From an uncultured Mollicutes bacterium (GTDB lineage Bacteria; Bacillota_I; Bacilli_A; RFN20; CAG-826): a stretch of 64,000 nt of DNA. The stretch lies in NCBI GenBank assembly GCA_945936135.1, contig CAMESG010000007.1, positions 14,396 through 78,395 on the forward strand, in the 5' to 3' direction. Of the stretch, positions 1 to 9,197 are shown piece by piece. The notes under the pieces were generated by a model. It saw only the letters and a list, made by a program, of their open reading frames with translations. It was not told the DNA's origin and did not search any database. The translations under genes were made by a program, and so were the position numbers. How positions within the stretch are numbered: position 1 is the stretch's first letter; each line of letters begins with the position of its first letter.

Positions 1-311
1 ATCCTGATGGGGCGCAAGCGATCCGCCTGGCCTTGCTTGGATCGATGAAAGAAGAAGTCCTCCCAACCATTGATCTTTCCATCGCGTTAATCGGCTATCT
101 GAAAGAAAATTACCCGCAATCCCTGAATGAACGATTCGGAATTGAAGATATTTCGAATATGGATTCTGGCTTGGTTTTGCGCTTGATTGCCGAACGAAGG
201 CTTTTGCTAGAAGGCTCAAATCCTTCAGAAGAAAAGGCGGCCTATGCCTTGATCAAAGAATTCAAAGACGGGATCTTGGGCAGCATTTCGTTGGAAATTC
301 CGCATGCTTGA
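1..311 (+). CDS. rbgA: Ribosome biogenesis GTPase A (RbgA/YlqF), C-terminal fragment running off the 5' edge
   Basis: The reading frame is open from nt 3. The C-terminal sequence ...YALIKEFKDGILGSISLE resembles the RbgA C-terminus. ylqF-rnhB adjacency is conserved in Bacillota. The stop overlaps the rnhB start by 8 nt. Confidence 0.7.
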   Translation, partial: PDGAQAIRLALLGSMKEEVLPTIDLSIALIGYLKENYPQSLNERFGIEDISNMDSGLVLRLIAERRLLLEGSNPSEEKAAYALIKEFKDGILGSISLEIPHA

Positions 312-924
312 TTTTGAAAAAGATTTCTATAGCGAAGAGGTCACCGCGATCGTTGGGGTCGATGAAGCGGGGCGCGGTCCTTTGGCAGGGCCTGTTTGCG
401 CCGCGGCGGTGATCTTTCCTAAGGGTTATCAAAACGAGGACATTAACGATTCCAAACAATTGAGCGCGAAGAAACGCGACGCCCTTTTCGATGAGGTTAA
501 ACGTTCTGCACTGGCATATGGGATCGCTTTTGCCAGCGCGGATGAGATCGATGAATTGAATATCTACGCCGCGACTCAAAAAGCGATGAAAGAGGCGATC
601 TCCCAATTGAAGGCATCGTATCAATTGATCCTGACGGACGCGATGCCCTTGAAGGATCTTTCCGTGCCCGTTGTTCCCGTGATCAAGGGCGATGCGAAGG
701 CATTATGTATCGCGGGAGCGTCGATTCTTGCCAAGGTCACGCGTGATCGTTATATGGAAGAATTGGAGAAAGAGCACCCTGAATATCGTTTTTCCGTCCA
801 TAAAGGTTACGGAACGAAATTGCATTTGGAAGAATTGGAAAAGAATGGACCGTTGGAAGGGATTCATCGAAAAACCTTCGGCCCCGTCAAGAAATATTAC
901 GAAAAGCAGTTGACGCTTTTCTAA
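304..924 (+). CDS. rnhB: Ribonuclease HII
   Basis: GVDEAGRGPLAGPV catalytic motif, about 206 aa, and the conserved position after ylqF. Confidence 0.95.
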   Translation: MLDFEKDFYSEEVTAIVGVDEAGRGPLAGPVCAAAVIFPKGYQNEDINDSKQLSAKKRDALFDEVKRSALAYGIAFASADEIDELNIYAATQKAMKEAISQLKASYQLILTDAMPLKDLSVPVVPVIKGDAKALCIAGASILAKVTRDRYMEELEKEHPEYRFSVHKGYGTKLHLEELEKNGPLEGIHRKTFGPVKKYYEKQLTLF

Positions 925-1011
925 GCATAGACGCATTTCTTTCTTCTTTCGGAGCGATTTTTCGGTCCGTTTTTCATTTTTTTGGGGAATCACTATAACG
1001 GAGGCAGAAAA

Positions 1012-1836
1012 ATGACGACGTCCATGACAGCCAGAGAATTGTTGATTTACCTATCGTGCCATTACGAAGGAGTTTGGAATTCGATATATGACCATATAAA
1101 AAAGAAGAAACGGGTGGAGCTTGAAGAGGTTCGGAACGTAAACGATAACCTTCCTTCCAACGCGGTGACGATGTTGGATGGGCGAGATTACCCGAATATC
1201 CTTAAGAAGTGTTCAAGACCACCTTTCGTTTTGTTTTACAAGGGAAACTTGAGCCTGCTTGAAGATGAAAGCCGCTGCGTTGCGATCATCGGAAGCCGAG
1301 AGGCGAGTGAATACGGGCTGAAGATGGCTCGGCTCCTCGGCGAAGGGCTTGCGAAGGCGGGTTACGTCGTGGTCTCTGGGCTTGCTAGAGGGATCGATGC
1401 CGCGGCCTTAGAAGCGGCCGCCCCGTATGGCAAGGCCGTCGCGGTCTTAGGGAACGGGCTTAACGTGAACTATCCTAGCTGCAACCGAGAGCTTCAAAAG
1501 AAGATCGAGAGGGATGGGCTTGTGATTACGGAATATCCTTTTGATACAAGGCCTGATGCCTTCCATTTTCCTGAACGCAACCGGATCATTGCTTATGTAA
1601 GCAAAATGTGCGTGGTCGTTGAAGCCAAGCACCGCAGCGGAACCACCATCACCATTGGCTGCGCCGTGGAAGCGGGGAAAGATGTCGGCGCCGTTCCCTT
1701 CCATGCGGATGAAGAGAGTTTGTGCAACCAATTGATCAAGGATGGCGCAGCCTTGATTTGCTCGGCGGATGACGTGATTTATGAGATTTCGGGGCGGTAT
1801 CCACGATCGGAAAAAGAGGAAGAAAATACCGAATGA
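1012..1836 (+). CDS. dprA: DNA processing protein DprA (Smf)
   Basis: GSREASEYG...VVSGLARGIDAAA Rossmann-like DprA motif. A GGAGG at 1000-1004 lies 7 nt before ATG 1012. The ORF-track TTG at 982 is less likely. Confidence 0.9.
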   Translation: MTTSMTARELLIYLSCHYEGVWNSIYDHIKKKKRVELEEVRNVNDNLPSNAVTMLDGRDYPNILKKCSRPPFVLFYKGNLSLLEDESRCVAIIGSREASEYGLKMARLLGEGLAKAGYVVVSGLARGIDAAALEAAAPYGKAVAVLGNGLNVNYPSCNRELQKKIERDGLVITEYPFDTRPDAFHFPERNRIIAYVSKMCVVVEAKHRSGTTITIGCAVEAGKDVGAVPFHADEESLCNQLIKDGAALICSADDVIYEISGRYPRSEKEEENTE

Positions 1837-1889
1837 AATTTTATAAATAATATCTTTATTTATATATAAGGAAAGAGAAGGTTCTCCCT

Positions 1890-1918
1890 TTGACAAGGTC
1901 TATAAGTGTTCTTATCAT
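1890..1918 (+). promoter_or_regulatory. Candidate sigma-A promoter for topA (TTGACA-17-TATCAT)
   Basis: TTGACA at 1890-1895, a 17-nt spacer, then TATCAT at 1913-1918. ATG 1933 is only 14 nt downstream and has no SD. Confidence 0.55.
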
Positions 1919-1932
1919 TCGGGCGAAACGTT

Positions 1933-4071
1933 ATGAAGTTAGTAATTGTCGAGTCTCCTAAAAAATGTGAAACCATCCGCCGATACTTGGGCGAAGATTT
2001 TCAAGTCATGGCTTCTCAAGGCCATATCCGCGATCTTTCTACGCGCGGAAAAGGCGGTTTGGGCATTGACGTTGAAGCGGAGTTCAAACCGGATTACGTT
2101 GTTTCTCCGAGCAAAAAGAAAATCGTCTCCGAACTTAGCCGCGCGGCAAGCAAGGCTGAAGAAGTCTATCTTGCGACCGACCCTGATCGCGAAGGAGAAG
2201 CGATTTCTTGGCACTTGGCCCAGATTTTGAAGTTGCCCGTGGAAACGACGAAACGTCTTCGCTTCCACGAAATCACAAAGCCGGCGATCTTAGAAGCAAT
2301 CCAATCGCCTTCAATCATTGATGAAAACCTCGTCCGCGCTCAAGAAGCGCGCCGCATGGAAGATCGCATCATTGGTTTTAAAGTATCCTCTTTGCTCCAA
2401 CGCTATGTTGGCGTCCAAAGCGCAGGCCGCGTCCAAAGTTCGACGCTTGGCATGATCGTCGAACGTCAGGCAAAGGTCGATGCCTTCGTCCCCGAGGAAT
2501 ATTGGACCATCGATATTCAAGTGAAGATTGAAGGAAAGACCTATACCGCGGCGTTGACGAAAATCGATGGTAAAACCTTCTCTTGCAAGTCCAAAGAAGA
2601 AGCGGATGCCATTATGGCCCGTATCCCAGAAACCTTGACCATCGGTTCGGTGGTAAAGTCCCAAAAGAACGTTTCTTCGAACGCTCCTTTCACGACTTCT
2701 TCCATGCAACAAGAGGCCTACAACAAATTCCATTTCTCGCCTAGCCGTACCCAGGCGATCGCCCAACGTCTTTACGAAGGCCAAACGATCGGCGGGGAGC
2801 ATGTTGGTTTGATCACCTACATGCGTACCGATTCGATCCGCATCAGCCCAGAATTCTTCTATCACCATGCGAAGCCCTATATCGAGGAACGCTGGGGCGA
2901 AGACTATGTTGGGAGCATTCGCGTTGGGAAAAAGAAGGATTCGGTGCAAGATGCGCACGAAGCCATTCGTCCTACGGGAACCCATCGTACCCCTGAAATC
3001 GTTGCAAAATACGTCTCTCCTGAAGAAGCAAAGCTCTATCGCTTGATCTATTGCCGTGCCATGGCCTCCTTGATGGCGCCGAAGCGCACGGAGACCACGA
3101 CCGCGATTTTGGAAGGCAATGGATTGGAATTCACCCTCAAAGGAACGCGCGTTTTGTTCCCTGGCTTTACCGCGGTTTATGGCGAGTTTGAAGAAGCGGA
3201 TGAACCCTCTCTTCCAAACCTTGAGGAGGGAATGCCGGTTGCTCGCATCAAGATCGATCCGGAGCAGAGATTCACAAGACCTGAACCCTTGTATAACGAG
3301 GCTTCCATCGTCAAAGCTATGGAAGAAAAGGGCATTGGACGTCCGTCCACCTATGCGACGACTGTCGACACTCTTTTGAAGCGGAAATACGTCTCTTCTG
3401 CGAAGGGCGTTCTCAGCCCGACGGAGAACGGAAAGCTGGTTACGACCGTATTGAAGAAATACTTCCCGGACGTCGTTTCAACTTCCTATACCGCGAAGAT
3501 GGAATCAACGCTGGATAACGTTGAAACCGGCGAAGCGACCTTCTTGGAAACGATGAATGATTTCTACGTTCCCTTCGAAGAAAACTTCAAAAAGGTTCAA
3601 GATAAGATATACAAGACTCCCCCAGAATATACCGGGGAGAATTGCCCGGAATGCGGAAGCCCCTTGGTTTATAAGAAATCCAAGAAAGGCGACAAGTTCG
3701 TTGGGTGCAGCAACTTCCCGAAGTGCCATTACATCAAGAGCGAGCGCGAGCCCGATGAACCGACGGGCAAGCTTTGCCCGGAATGCGGCAAGCCATTGGT
3801 TTACAAAAAATCGAAAAAAGGCGAACGCTTCATCGGCTGCTCCGGCTTCCCGAAATGCCGTTTCACCAAGTCCTTGGATGGAAAGGTAACCGAGGCAAAA
3901 CCGAAGAAGATTTATACCGACGCGGACTACGTGAAACCCTGCCCCAAATGCAAAACGGGACACTTGGTGATCAAGCAAGGGAAGAAAGCCGAGTTCCTTG
4001 GCTGCACGAACTTCCCAAGATGCCGTTACCACGAATGGATCGATAAGAAAACCAAGGACGGCGAGGAATGA
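1933..4071 (+). CDS. topA: DNA topoisomerase I with three C-terminal C4 zinc ribbons
   Basis: MKLVIVESPKK Toprim N-terminus, TYMRTDS active-site region, and three CPxCG...GC.NFP.C zinc-ribbon repeats. Confidence 0.95.
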   Translation: MKLVIVESPKKCETIRRYLGEDFQVMASQGHIRDLSTRGKGGLGIDVEAEFKPDYVVSPSKKKIVSELSRAASKAEEVYLATDPDREGEAISWHLAQILKLPVETTKRLRFHEITKPAILEAIQSPSIIDENLVRAQEARRMEDRIIGFKVSSLLQRYVGVQSAGRVQSSTLGMIVERQAKVDAFVPEEYWTIDIQVKIEGKTYTAALTKIDGKTFSCKSKEEADAIMARIPETLTIGSVVKSQKNVSSNAPFTTSSMQQEAYNKFHFSPSRTQAIAQRLYEGQTIGGEHVGLITYMRTDSIRISPEFFYHHAKPYIEERWGEDYVGSIRVGKKKDSVQDAHEAIRPTGTHRTPEIVAKYVSPEEAKLYRLIYCRAMASLMAPKRTETTTAILEGNGLEFTLKGTRVLFPGFTAVYGEFEEADEPSLPNLEEGMPVARIKIDPEQRFTRPEPLYNEASIVKAMEEKGIGRPSTYATTVDTLLKRKYVSSAKGVLSPTENGKLVTTVLKKYFPDVVSTSYTAKMESTLDNVETGEATFLETMNDFYVPFEENFKKVQDKIYKTPPEYTGENCPECGSPLVYKKSKKGDKFVGCSNFPKCHYIKSEREPDEPTGKLCPECGKPLVYKKSKKGERFIGCSGFPKCRFTKSLDGKVTEAKPKKIYTDADYVKPCPKCKTGHLVIKQGKKAEFLGCTNFPRCRYHEWIDKKTKDGEE

Positions 4072-5354
4072 AGCGCATTGACGTGATCGGCGGGGGTCTC
4101 GCTGGATCCGAAGCCGCCTATTATTTGCTAAACAAAGGTTTTGAAGTCCATCTTTATGATGCTCGCCCGGTCTATCAAGACGGGGCGCATGAAACCGAAT
4201 ACCTTGGGGAACTTGTCTGTTCCAACTCCTTAAAGTCTAAGCGTTTGGATAACGCTTGCGGTCTATTGAAGGAGGAAATGCGCGTTTTTCACTCGCTGAT
4301 GATGGAAGCCGCGGATCAAGCGAAGGTCCCTTCTGGGAATGCTTTAAGCGTGGATCGAGAGATCTTCGCTCGTTATATCACCGAGCGCTTGGCTTCTTTT
4401 CCAAATTTCCATCTTCACCGCGAAGAAGTAACTTCCCTTCCAACGAATCGAACGGTCATTCTCGCCACGGGCCCTTTGACAAGTCCAAAACTTTTGGAAT
4501 CGATCGTTTCCCTTGTTGGGGTGAAGAACCATTCTTTTTTCGATGCTTCGGCGCCGATCGTTAAAAAGGATTCCATCGATTTTTCCAAGGCCTATTGCAA
4601 GTCCCGTTACGAACAAGGGGATGAAGCTTATATTAATTGTCCTTTTACCAAACAAGAATATTTCACCTTTGTCCGCGAACTTTTATGTGCCGAGAAAGCC
4701 TTGCTTCACGAATTCGATACCCAATATTTCGAAGGCTGTCTTCCCGTGGAAGTGATCGCGAGTCGCGGGATGGAAACGCTTCGTCATGGGCCTTTAAAAC
4801 CTTTTGGGTTGGAAAGCCCGGAACACCCGAATCCCTACGCGGTGGTACAGTTACGACAAGACACCAAACTTGGCGATTATTACAACATCGTGGGGTTTCA
4901 AACAAACCTCACTTATCCTGAACAGAAGCGTGTTTTTCGGATGATTCCTGGTTTGGAAAACGCGGAGTTTTTGCGTTTTGGATTGATGCATCGAAACTCT
5001 TATCTTGTCGCGCCTTCGGTTCTCAACGATGATCTGTCTTTGAAAGCCGCGCCGAATATCTTTGTTGCCGGACAGCTCTCTGGCGTTGAAGGGTATGTCG
5101 AAAGCGCGGCGATGGGCATCCTCGCAGCGATCCATGCGAGCCGGAAGGAAGAAGGGAAGCCCTTCATCAAGGTTCCTCGTCTTTCGGTTTGCGGTGGTTT
5201 GGTTTCGTATCTATTGCACGCTTCTTCGTCATTCTCTCCCATGAACGCTAATTGGGCCTTGATTCCAAACGCGAAGAAGGAGAACCGTCAAGAAACCATC
5301 GATGAGGCCTTGAGATCCATTCGCGAATTCAAAGAGAAGGTAGATCATGATTGA
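4068..5354 (+). CDS. trmFO: Methylenetetrahydrofolate--tRNA-(uracil54-C5)-methyltransferase TrmFO (Gid)
   Basis: VIGGGLAGSEAA FAD-binding motif, ELVCSNSLKS, ATGA overlap with the topA stop, and conserved topA-trmFO-xerC order. Confidence 0.93.
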   Translation: MKRIDVIGGGLAGSEAAYYLLNKGFEVHLYDARPVYQDGAHETEYLGELVCSNSLKSKRLDNACGLLKEEMRVFHSLMMEAADQAKVPSGNALSVDREIFARYITERLASFPNFHLHREEVTSLPTNRTVILATGPLTSPKLLESIVSLVGVKNHSFFDASAPIVKKDSIDFSKAYCKSRYEQGDEAYINCPFTKQEYFTFVRELLCAEKALLHEFDTQYFEGCLPVEVIASRGMETLRHGPLKPFGLESPEHPNPYAVVQLRQDTKLGDYYNIVGFQTNLTYPEQKRVFRMIPGLENAEFLRFGLMHRNSYLVAPSVLNDDLSLKAAPNIFVAGQLSGVEGYVESAAMGILAAIHASRKEEGKPFIKVPRLSVCGGLVSYLLHASSSFSPMNANWALIPNAKKENRQETIDEALRSIREFKEKVDHD

Positions 5355-6285
5355 CGAACAATTCGCGTCTTTGGTCCGTCCTTTCAGCCAGCAGTTGGTG
5401 TTTTCGAGGAACTATTCTGGCCAGACGGTCAAAAGCTATGCGAATGACGTTCAAGTATTTCTTCGTTACTTATCGGAGCAAGGGATTCCCTCGAACGCGG
5501 TGGATGATGGGATCATCACTTCCTTTTTAGCGGAACAGTTGAAACAAGGAACGAGCAAAAGGACGCTTTCGCGCCGACTTTCTGCCCTCCGTCTTTTCTA
5601 CCGCTACTTAAGCGAGCGCCGCTCAGATGAATATCCGAACAACCCGTTTCTAGGCTATTCCGCCCCTAAAGTTGAAACGAAATACCCTGTTGCTCTTTTC
5701 CTGGATCAAATAGGAGAGTTGCTAAGAAAAAACGCCGAAAGAGAAGATGAATTCATGGTTCGCGATCAAGCGATCTTGGAACTGCTTTATGCTTCGGGCA
5801 TGCGTGCTTCCGAGCTCGTCTCGCTTTCCGCGCACTCCATGGATTATCGCAATCGCGTGATTCGCGTTTACGGCAAAGGGAAAAAGGAACGCCTGGTGCC
5901 CTTTGGCAAAAGCGCCGAAACCTGGATGAAGCGATATGCAACCGAGCTTCGTCCCAACCTCCTCGCTCGAATTAAAGATCCGATGAAACGTGGGAATACT
6001 CGGGCCTTCTTTTTGAACGCCAAAGGCAATCCATTGACGGTTCGAGGACTTGAATACATCCTTCATGGCATTGAAGAAAAAACGGGGCTTTCTTTGGACT
6101 TACACCCTCACGAATTGCGGCACACCTTTGCCACCCACTTGCTCGATAACGGCGCTGATTTGCGCTTAATTCAAGAATTGTTGGGCCACGAATCGATCAA
6201 TACGACGCAAATCTACACCCATTTGACGACCAAAGATCTGCAAGACGAATACGAAAAAGCCTTCCCGAAAAGGGACAAGAAATAG
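5347..6285 (+). CDS. xerC: Tyrosine recombinase XerC (CodV-like)
   Basis: HELRHTFATHLL and LLGHESINTTQIYTHL catalytic-domain motifs. It sits after trmFO. Confidence 0.85.
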   Translation: MIDEQFASLVRPFSQQLVFSRNYSGQTVKSYANDVQVFLRYLSEQGIPSNAVDDGIITSFLAEQLKQGTSKRTLSRRLSALRLFYRYLSERRSDEYPNNPFLGYSAPKVETKYPVALFLDQIGELLRKNAEREDEFMVRDQAILELLYASGMRASELVSLSAHSMDYRNRVIRVYGKGKKERLVPFGKSAETWMKRYATELRPNLLARIKDPMKRGNTRAFFLNAKGNPLTVRGLEYILHGIEEKTGLSLDLHPHELRHTFATHLLDNGADLRLIQELLGHESINTTQIYTHLTTKDLQDEYEKAFPKRDKK

Positions 6286-6313
6286 TCGATTCTCACACGT
6301 GTTCAATACGCGC

Positions 6314-6342
6314 TTGCTACGCTCTATGCGTGCGTGTATACT
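6314..6342 (+). promoter_or_regulatory. Candidate promoter of the rpsB-tsf operon (TTGCTA-17-TATACT)
   Basis: TTGCTA at 6314-6319, a 17-nt spacer, then TATACT at 6337-6342. This predicts a leader of about 130 nt. Confidence 0.55.
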
Positions 6343-6480
6343 TTCAGGGCTGCGTTTGCAGCAATACGCACCCCGTGGATTCCGCGCCGTGTTCCTCCTG
6401 GGCCGAAGCAGGCTTAAAAATCAGTTGAGGTGGTCAGCGGTTCGAAGCGGGGGAGGCACAAACAAATGGAGGTCACCAAA

Positions 6481-7503
6481 ATGAGTGACGAAATCAAGGA
6501 AACGGTCGCGACCGAAGCCGCGGCCCCGGTCGAAAGCGCCGCGCCGAGCATGGCGGAAGTCTTCCACGATCCCAACGCTCCGATCATCACGATCAAGAAG
6601 TGCTTGGAAGCCGGTGTCCACTTCGGACATCAAACCCACCGCTGGAACCCGAAGATGGGCAAATACATCTATGGTGCCCGCAATGGTATCTACCTCATCG
6701 ACTTGAACAAGACCGTCGAACGCACGAGCCTCGCCTACGAAGCCCTAAAGGCCATCGTTGAAGCGGGCGGAAAAGTCCTCTTCGTCGGCACCAAAGCCCA
6801 GGCCCAACAAATCGTCATCGACGAAGCGGTCCGCTCTGGCTCCTTCTACATCACCAACCGTTGGTTGGGCGGCACGCTCACCAACTGGCGCACCATCGCG
6901 AGCCGCATCAAGCGTCTCCGCGATCTCGATGCCGCTCAAGCGGACGGCACCTGGGACAAGCTTCCGAAGAAGGAAGTTGCTCTTCTCCGCAAAGAATGCG
7001 CCAAACTCGAAAAGAACCTCGGCGGCTTGAAAGAAATGCGCCGTCTCCCGCAAGCGATCGTCCTCGCCGATCCTTCGCTTGAGAAGACCGCTGCCTTGGA
7101 AGCCCACAAACTCAACATCCCCGTCTTCGCGCTCTGCGATACCAACGACGATCCCGAAATCATCGACTTCCCGATCCCGACCAACAATGACGCCACGAGC
7201 GCCATCAAGCTCATCGTTGGCGTTCTCGCCGACGCTGTCGTCGAAGCCCGTGCTGGCGTGACCCAAATCGCCTACACCAAGGACGAAGGCGAAGAAGCGA
7301 CCATGGCTGATGCCATCCGCGTTGCTGATATCGCCGCTGAACAACATCGCGCTGCCATCCGCGCCGCCCGCAAGGCCCGCGAAGAGCGCTACGCCAAGAT
7401 GCGTGCCGAACGCGAAGCCCGCTTCCAAGCCCGCCGCGCTGAAGCCGCTGCCAAGAAGGCCGAAGCCCCCAAGGCCGAGCCCGAAGCCAAGGAGGAGAAG
7501 TAA
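6481..7503 (+). CDS. rpsB: 30S ribosomal protein S2 with N- and C-terminal extensions
   Basis: LEAGVHFGHQTHRWNPKM core. A GGAGG at 6468-6472 lies 8 nt before ATG 6481. The C-terminal ~75 aa are A/E/K/R-rich. Confidence 0.93.
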   Translation: MSDEIKETVATEAAAPVESAAPSMAEVFHDPNAPIITIKKCLEAGVHFGHQTHRWNPKMGKYIYGARNGIYLIDLNKTVERTSLAYEALKAIVEAGGKVLFVGTKAQAQQIVIDEAVRSGSFYITNRWLGGTLTNWRTIASRIKRLRDLDAAQADGTWDKLPKKEVALLRKECAKLEKNLGGLKEMRRLPQAIVLADPSLEKTAALEAHKLNIPVFALCDTNDDPEIIDFPIPTNNDATSAIKLIVGVLADAVVEARAGVTQIAYTKDEGEEATMADAIRVADIAAEQHRAAIRAARKAREERYAKMRAEREARFQARRAEAAAKKAEAPKAEPEAKEEK

Positions 7504-8351
7504 TGGCCGTCCCGTCCATTGACCAAATCAAAGTGCTCCGTGATCGCACGGGCGCTGGCTTGATGGATTGCAAGAAAGCCTTGATCGAGGCCGATTGCGA
7601 TATCGAAAAAGCCATCGATGTCCTCCGCGAAAAAGGCATCGCGAAAGCCGTTAAAAAAGCTGGCCGCGTTGCCGCTGAAGGCCTTGCCCTCACCAAGATC
7701 GATGGCGACAAAGCCATCATCCTCGAAATCAACTGCGAGACCGACTTCGTTTCTTCGAGCGACAAGTTCCAAAAGCTCGTTGCCGATTGTTTGGATCTCT
7801 GTCTTGAGAAAGAACCTGCGACGGTTGAAGAAGCCAACGACCTCTGCGCCGATCTCATGGCCGAAGCGACCATCGCGATGGGCGAGAAGTTCCAACTTCG
7901 CCGTTACACCCTCATGAAAGCGAGCGATGGCCAAGCCTTCGGTTCCTACATTCACATGCACGGCAAAATCGCTGCTCTCGTCGTCGTCTCCAAAGACCTT
8001 GGCGAAGGCAACCGTGGCCTTGCCATGACCGTTGCTTCCGCTGCTCCGGAATACTTGACCCTTGCCGATGTTCCCGCCGCTGAGCGTGCTCGTGAGCTCG
8101 CTCTTGCCGAGAAGGAAGTCGCCGAAGATCCGAAACTCCAAGCGAAGCCTGAGAACGTTCGCGCGATGATCGCGCAACGCAAGGTTGATTCCCGCCTTGG
8201 CGAGAACTGTCTCGAATCCAAGCCCTACGCGCTTGATCCGGACGGAAAGTTGACCGTCGGTCAATACCTTAAGGAAAAGGGCGCCTCGGTCGTTACCTTC
8301 GTCCGCTACCTCGTTGGCGAAGGCGTCGAAGCACCCGCTGAAGCGGAGTAA
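7503..8351 (+). CDS. tsf: Elongation factor Ts
   Basis: IKVLRDRTGAGLMDCKKAL UBA-like N-terminus and a TAATG overlap with the rpsB stop. Confidence 0.93.
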   Translation: MAVPSIDQIKVLRDRTGAGLMDCKKALIEADCDIEKAIDVLREKGIAKAVKKAGRVAAEGLALTKIDGDKAIILEINCETDFVSSSDKFQKLVADCLDLCLEKEPATVEEANDLCADLMAEATIAMGEKFQLRRYTLMKASDGQAFGSYIHMHGKIAALVVVSKDLGEGNRGLAMTVASAAPEYLTLADVPAAERARELALAEKEVAEDPKLQAKPENVRAMIAQRKVDSRLGENCLESKPYALDPDGKLTVGQYLKEKGASVVTFVRYLVGEGVEAPAEAE

Positions 8352-8363
8352 ATCCTTAAACCT

Positions 8364-8400
8364 AAGGCTCTCGGCTGTTGGCCGAGAGCCTTTTCTTTTC
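8364..8400 (+). terminator. Rho-independent terminator after tsf
   Basis: GGCTCTCGGC-tgttg-GCCGAGAGCC forms a 10-bp stem and is followed by TTTTCTTTTC. Confidence 0.85.
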
Positions 8401-8459
8401 TATGGAGCGATGCGCTCATTCTTCCTTTTAGGCCTGCTTTGCCGTAAGATACCCTTACT

Positions 8460-9182
8460 ATGAAACCCATTTACCATCGCATTATCCTGAAACTCTCAGG
8501 AGAAGCGCTTGCCGATAGCTCCGATTCCACGATTTTGGACCATGGCAAGTTGCAAATGATCGGCAGCACGGTCGAGATGATTCGCAACCTTGGTGTGGAT
8601 GTTGGCATCGTGGTTGGCGCCGGGAACATCTGGCGTGGCCGCTTGGCAGACAAGATCCGCATCGAGCCTTCGACGGCGGATTACATGGGGATGCTTGGCA
8701 CCGTAATCAATGCCCTCGCCATCCAAAGCGCGATCGAAGAACGTGGCTTGCCCTGCCGCGTGATGTCGGCGATCAACGTTCCTCAAGTCTGCGAACCTTA
8801 TTATCGGAGACGCGCGATTCATCATTTGGAAAAAGGAAGAGTCGTGATCTTCGCCGGAGGCACGGGAAATCCCTACTGTACCACGGATTCCTGCGCTGCC
8901 TTGCGTGCATTGGAAGTTGGAGCGGATGCCATCCTCATGGCGAAAAACGGTGTGGACGGGGTCTATGATTCTGATCCGAGGAAGAACCCGGACGCCAAGA
9001 AGATCGATCGGATCACCCTTCAAGAAATGATCGCCAAGAACCTCGCGGTCATGGATCTTGGAGCGGCTGCGATGCTTGGAGGAAAGAAGAAAGTCATTCG
9101 CGTCTTCTCGATGGATGACCCATCTTCCTTCGAAAAAGTCTTAACAGGAATCGATGTCGGAACGACCGTCATCGACGAATAA
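8460..9182 (+). CDS. pyrH: UMP kinase
   Basis: ILKLSGEAL and GAGNIWRG motifs, about 240 aa, and pyrH-frr synteny. Confidence 0.95.
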   Translation: MKPIYHRIILKLSGEALADSSDSTILDHGKLQMIGSTVEMIRNLGVDVGIVVGAGNIWRGRLADKIRIEPSTADYMGMLGTVINALAIQSAIEERGLPCRVMSAINVPQVCEPYYRRRAIHHLEKGRVVIFAGGTGNPYCTTDSCAALRALEVGADAILMAKNGVDGVYDSDPRKNPDAKKIDRITLQEMIAKNLAVMDLGAAAMLGGKKKVIRVFSMDDPSSFEKVLTGIDVGTTVIDE

Positions 9183-9197
9183 AAAGGAGAATTAACC

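Noticed and set aside
1841-1865. An AT-only inverted repeat, TTATAAATAA-tatct-TTATTTATAT, just after the dprA stop.
   Set aside because: The stem is purely A/T with no following T-tract, which makes it too weak to call a terminator or operator in an AT-rich spacer. I note it only.
3640-4030. Three tandemly similar ~90-nt DNA segments at the 3' end of topA.
   Set aside because: They encode the three C4 zinc-ribbon modules normal for Bacillota TopA. They are not a mobile or non-coding repeat.
6299-6484. A 61-aa ORF in the rpsB leader, and the in-frame GTG 6430 extension of rpsB.
   Set aside because: Neither has an SD. The Arg-rich product is typical of GC-rich non-coding sequence. GGAGG plus ATG 6481 is the convincing start.
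6745-8264. Three long minus-strand ORFs (6745-7428, 7211-7873, 7389-8264) antisense to rpsB and tsf, plus several 60-100 aa plus-strand out-of-frame ORFs.
   Set aside because: They are shadow ORFs. They arise from the strong C/G-ending codon bias of these highly expressed genes. Their products are Arg/Ala/Gly/Ser-rich with no motifs, whereas the plus-strand frames encode unmistakable S2 and EF-Ts.
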